From IMG/VR virus record IMGVR_UViG_3300005805_000096, positions 1 to 59,377 of that record: a stretch of DNA of 59,377 nt; one strand, given 5' to 3'. The notes under the pieces are model-generated. The model saw only the letters and a list, made by a program, of their open reading frames with translations, had not been told where the DNA came from and did no database searches. Made by a program: the position numbers and the translations under genes. The DNA comes from a virus. Taxonomy: Duplodnaviria > Caudoviricetes. The stretch's first letter is position 1. Each line of letters starts with the position of its first letter. Below, piece after piece: positions 55,445 through 59,377 of this stretch.

Positions 55445-57016
55445 ATGACCTATGCAGTTGGCGGAAATATTGAAGCAAGTGATTACAATACTTTTTTAGG
55501 TGGCAACACAAGTAATGTAAGCGGATCAGTGAATTCTATTTGGTCTACTGGCTATGGAAACGCTGGATATGGACAAACATCAAATCTTGCCAATGTTACA
55601 ATAAATGACACCGTTACTGCACAACAATGGAATAGCCTTACATACGTCATTAACAAAATAACAAATCATCAAGGCAACGCAAATAGCAACGTTAGTTTAG
55701 TTTCAGTAGGAAGCAACATAGCTTATCAAGCAAATTTACCAGCAACTTTAGCTAACATTTATAATAATAGATTAGTAGCTTATGAAACTGGAAATATAAC
55801 TAACTACCTACAACAGGTTACACTAAGAGCAAACGGTAACCAGAGTTATACCGGTAATATTTCTTTTAATATTGCGTTTGAGGACGCAGATAAAGCTAGA
55901 TATTTCTTTAATGCTGGCGGAAATATTGACTTGTCATATTATGCATTTGATGGTATATATTCTACCCCACGAGAATCTAGTATTGAAACTTTGGTAAGTA
56001 CTAATTTTGCAACAAAAATTATGTTAGCAAATGAATTTACGCCTAGATTAGGATCAGGTGGAACAGTGTTAACAGATGTAACTACTGGAACTGCTGGATA
56101 TTATGGTATAACTAGTACACCAGTTGAAAAGTTTAGAGTTGGTAGTGCTAGTTATTATAGTGGAGACACCTTCTTATTACAATATTCCAACAGTGGTAGT
56201 AACGGAGTGAATGGTGGAAATGGAAATGAAATAGATATTAATGCGGTTGTTGTATGTAGTAATGTTGGAGCCACAGGTATTTATGATTTATTAGATGCTA
56301 ACCTAACATTAAAACTTACGGTAAATGAACCTGAAATTGAACATTTAACTAAATCATGGGGCAATATTACAGTAATTTCAACATCATCTCCAGTACCTTC
56401 AGCAATACCTGCACCATCTGGAAACGCTATATATACAACCAGTGGAATATACAATTTTACAGTACCTCCAGGTGTAACATCAATAAATTGTTTGGTAGTG
56501 GGCGGTGGTGGCGGAGCATCAGGTGCTAACTATTATCCACATTTTAATTTCTGGTCTGGATTGCCTGGCGGCAGCGGTGGATATGTTTCACAAACGCTTG
56601 CTACTACTCCAGGAGAAACATTGACTATTAATGTTGGAGCTGCAGGTGCACCTGGTGATTATTTCCATATTGGCTATGGCACCTTTATATGCGGCAGTAG
56701 TTCTTGGTCAGCTGGTAACGGGGGGAACACTAGTGTAGCTGGAAGCTCAGGTAGCATCATAGCTACAGGCGGCTACGGCGGTAATCAGTACAGCGTCTAT
56801 GTTGGATATGTAGGTGGCACCAACCCAGGTGCAAACGGAGGTTTGGGAGGCTCACCAAACGGCGTAAATGGTTCAATAATTGGGTATAACTTCGTAGTCA
56901 ATGGAATAGGTTTCTATCCAGGTGGCAGTAACGGTACAGGTTACGGATCTGGAGGAAGTTACAACGGTGGGTGTCCTACTGCTGCACAATCTGGTGCAGT
57001 AGTTCTACAATGGTGA
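55445..57016 (+). CDS. Virion/fibre protein with C-terminal glycine-rich domain
   Basis: MTYA.G..I…DYN, ARYFFNAGG; FTVPPGVTSI…VVGGGGG glycine-rich domain. Confidence 0.75.
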   Translation: MTYAVGGNIEASDYNTFLGGNTSNVSGSVNSIWSTGYGNAGYGQTSNLANVTINDTVTAQQWNSLTYVINKITNHQGNANSNVSLVSVGSNIAYQANLPATLANIYNNRLVAYETGNITNYLQQVTLRANGNQSYTGNISFNIAFEDADKARYFFNAGGNIDLSYYAFDGIYSTPRESSIETLVSTNFATKIMLANEFTPRLGSGGTVLTDVTTGTAGYYGITSTPVEKFRVGSASYYSGDTFLLQYSNSGSNGVNGGNGNEIDINAVVVCSNVGATGIYDLLDANLTLKLTVNEPEIEHLTKSWGNITVISTSSPVPSAIPAPSGNAIYTTSGIYNFTVPPGVTSINCLVVGGGGGASGANYYPHFNFWSGLPGGSGGYVSQTLATTPGETLTINVGAAGAPGDYFHIGYGTFICGSSSWSAGNGGNTSVAGSSGSIIATGGYGGNQYSVYVGYVGGTNPGANGGLGGSPNGVNGSIIGYNFVVNGIGFYPGGSNGTGYGSGGSYNGGCPTAAQSGAVVLQW

Positions 57017-57021
57017 TATAA

Positions 57022-57402
57022 ATGCTACAAGGTCAATTAATTGGTACAAAATGTACAGAATGTAGGGCAAGCAACATTAATTTTTTAGAAACTTATAAAA
57101 TTTTTGACGATTCCAATGAAATAGTTTCTATGATATATTTGAGAGTATTTAAAGAATCTAACTCAAATTTCTACTCCTGTTCAGTAACCGCGGTAGATAA
57201 TACATACCTGTATGATGAAAATTTAAAAGATCTGCCACCAGCTGAATTCTTTGTTAAGGAAAAAGATCATCCAGGTAAAACTGTGTTTCAACACAACAAC
57301 TTTCAAACCATGCAAGAAGCTGATCAAGAGTCACTTAATTTGTTAGGTTCTGCTATTAATTGGCTGACTAGTAGGTTAGGCAAGCCAATTGAATTAATAT
57401 AA
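57022..57402 (+). CDS. Hypothetical protein
   Basis: 126-aa ORF with N-terminal CxxC. Confidence 0.65.
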   Translation: MLQGQLIGTKCTECRASNINFLETYKIFDDSNEIVSMIYLRVFKESNSNFYSCSVTAVDNTYLYDENLKDLPPAEFFVKEKDHPGKTVFQHNNFQTMQEADQESLNLLGSAINWLTSRLGKPIELI

Positions 57403-57412
57403 GAGGTCATAA

Positions 57413-58363
57413 ATGACCTATGCTACTGGCCAAAAAATACAATCAACAGATTACAATTCTTTTGTAGGCGCAACTACAAGTAATTCAAGTGGCGTTATTA
57501 ATTCAATTTGGTCTGTGGGCAACGGAAACTCTGGATATGGGCAATCATCCAATTTAGCTAACGTTAGTGTAGGTACAAAGGTTACAGCAAATCAATGGAA
57601 TAGTTTGCTTTTTGTAGTTAATAAAATATCTGACCATCAAACTAATGCTAATAGCAATGTAACTCTTCTACAGCCAAACCTCAAAATTAGCTTTAGATCA
57701 AATCTAGTTGGAACATTATCAAATTTATATAATAATAGACTAACTGCATTTAACACTGGATCCTTTGCAAATTATGATCAAACAGTGAGTATGCTGGGAA
57801 TTGAGAATCAAGCAGTTACTGCCAATATAGCTTATTCTGTACAATTTGCAAATGTTGATGCAGCAAGATATTTTTTCAATGCGGGTGGATATTTGAATTT
57901 AGAATACCTTTCCTTTACTAATAGTTTAGGGAATCCACGGGGAGATAGTATAGGTACCCTTGTTCAGACTAATTTTGTTAGCAAGAACATGAGATCAAAC
58001 TCTTTTGGGGCTAGAACAGGATCTGGTGGTACTTTAGTAACCGATGTTACAACCGGCACTGCTGGATATTATGGTATAAACACTACCCCTACTACTAAAA
58101 TTAGAATTGATAGTGCAGGGTACTTCAGCAGTGACTATTTTTTAGTTGATTATTCTAATAGCGGTGGTGCTGGGTTAAATAATGGTAATGGTAATATTGT
58201 TAATTTAAACGTCGTTTTTTATTCAGGCACTATTGGTTCAACCGAACCTACAGATGATATTAATATTACAGTAGGTATGCGATTAGTAGTAGTTGAACCA
58301 GAAACGGATAATTTGTCTAATTCTTGGGGAACCGTCACAGTTATCAAATCATCATCACCATAA
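57413..58363 (+). CDS. Virion protein, paralog of the N-terminal part of 55445-57016
   Basis: Shares MTYA.G, GYGQ.SNLANV, ARYFFNAGG and TDVTTGTAGYYGI. Confidence 0.8.
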   Translation: MTYATGQKIQSTDYNSFVGATTSNSSGVINSIWSVGNGNSGYGQSSNLANVSVGTKVTANQWNSLLFVVNKISDHQTNANSNVTLLQPNLKISFRSNLVGTLSNLYNNRLTAFNTGSFANYDQTVSMLGIENQAVTANIAYSVQFANVDAARYFFNAGGYLNLEYLSFTNSLGNPRGDSIGTLVQTNFVSKNMRSNSFGARTGSGGTLVTDVTTGTAGYYGINTTPTTKIRIDSAGYFSSDYFLVDYSNSGGAGLNNGNGNIVNLNVVFYSGTIGSTEPTDDINITVGMRLVVVEPETDNLSNSWGTVTVIKSSSP

Positions 58364-58401
58364 TATTTTGTGCATCTACTCAAACTGTAGATAAGTAAAG
58401 T

Positions 58402-58716
58402 ATGGATGATGTTAATAATATTGTTGAACAGGTTAAGCTAGCCACAAACATACAATTAAATAAAAAAATACTACGTGAGAAGATTCTTGCGGATCTTCAT
58501 ATGACACATAATGGGGGATTGTTCAAACTTGATCCTTCTTTACTTGCTTTTGTAAGCACATGGCCAAATGATGAATTATTTTTGGAGGATGTTTATCAAA
58601 ACCCTATCAAAATAAATCGCAATGAATTTGTGGTGGCTGCACAGCAACATTATCAAAAAGTAATGAATCGTTGGCACGATGAATACCAATCTATTAAAAC
58701 CATTAGAAAAATCTAG
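58402..58716 (+). CDS. Hypothetical protein
   Basis: 104 aa; GG.F…LL.FV, D…NPI; TAAGTA 4 nt upstream of the ATG. Confidence 0.75.
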   Translation: MDDVNNIVEQVKLATNIQLNKKILREKILADLHMTHNGGLFKLDPSLLAFVSTWPNDELFLEDVYQNPIKINRNEFVVAAQQHYQKVMNRWHDEYQSIKTIRKI

Positions 58717-59377
58717 AGGTATAATCTTCTTTGCATTTAATAGCAAAACAGTAGATTATGTAAAAATTGCTGATCAATCAGCAAAATTGGCTAGCAAATT
58801 TCTAAAACTGCCTATAACTTTGGTTACAGATATAAATTCTGACCCAAAATTTCAGTATCACAAAATCCTTAGAGTTGATTGTAAAAATAGCAACATTCGC
58901 GTTCATAAGGATAATTCTGTTGTAGAGTGGAAGAACTTTGACAGATTCAAAGCATTTGATCTATCACCTTACGATGAAACATTGCTTATGGATGTAGATT
59001 ATCTAGTTTTAGAAAGTGATTTACTTAAAGTTTTTGAAACTGAGTTTGATTATAAAATTCATTATAACGCCCATACCCCAACAGCCCCAAATAAAGATTT
59101 AACAGGACCTAATGGTTTGCCAATTGTATGGGCTACTATCATATTTTTTCGTAAAACAGCTAAAAGCAAAGCATTATTTGATTTAGTTGGAAGAATTCAA
59201 AATAATTACAGCTATTATAGACTGCTTTACAAAATTTCTCAGGCTAGCTATAGAAATGATCATGCATTCGCTATCGCAAACATTGTTTTAAATGGCTATC
59301 TAATAGATGAAAAAAATAATATACCTTGGTCATTATTTTTTATTGATAATAATATTAGATCTTTAAATTTAATAGGT
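58679..59377 (+). CDS. GT-A fold glycosyltransferase-like protein (3' truncated by window edge)
   Basis: ATG 58679 opens SRGIIFFAFNSKTVDYVKIA…LPITLVTD…AFDLSPYDETLLMDVDYL (DxD)…WAT..FF.K…RNDHAF; open to the end of the window. Confidence 0.75.
   Translation, partial: MNTNLLKPLEKSRGIIFFAFNSKTVDYVKIADQSAKLASKFLKLPITLVTDINSDPKFQYHKILRVDCKNSNIRVHKDNSVVEWKNFDRFKAFDLSPYDETLLMDVDYLVLESDLLKVFETEFDYKIHYNAHTPTAPNKDLTGPNGLPIVWATIIFFRKTAKSKALFDLVGRIQNNYSYYRLLYKISQASYRNDHAFAIANIVLNGYLIDEKNNIPWSLFFIDNNIRSLNLIG

Noticed and set aside
1-59377. Stop-codon reassignment as seen in some large phages
   Set aside because: Core genes are full length in the standard code, and TAA, TGA and TAG (e.g., 26257, 52948, 58716) all end genes at sensible boundaries.

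Overview
This window is a segment of a large T4-like (myovirus-type) phage genome, AT-rich and read in the standard genetic code. Minus-strand block 1-7670: a collagen-repeat virion protein (runs off the left edge), an Fe/Mn superoxide dismutase, IF-1, a Bax-inhibitor-1/YccA protein, and a tandem array of about 12 small, tightly coupled ORFs sharing a C-terminal FxL(R/K)W motif. Divergent from these is a minimal 555-aa DnaE-type polymerase. Next comes the head module (gp23, gp22, gp21, core protein, gp20) with two homing-endonuclease-like genes, followed by a tape-measure-like gene and gp26/gp51. A ~400-nt, densely structured non-coding region follows, then a resolvase-like nuclease, an Hc1-like protein, a PLP enzyme plus radical SAM enzyme, gp46/gp47 and a gp55-like late sigma factor that appears to start at AUU. 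The plus-strand remainder is a baseplate/tail-fibre module (gp53, hub, gp5, gp25, gp6, a 4381-aa wedge protein, fibres) ending in a truncated glycosyltransferase. The best candidates for undescribed biology are the structured RNA-like element, the LRW microgene array, and a non-canonical translation-initiation theme (AUU start, leaderless late mRNAs, phage IF-1). All family assignments come from motif recognition by eye; no database searches were run.
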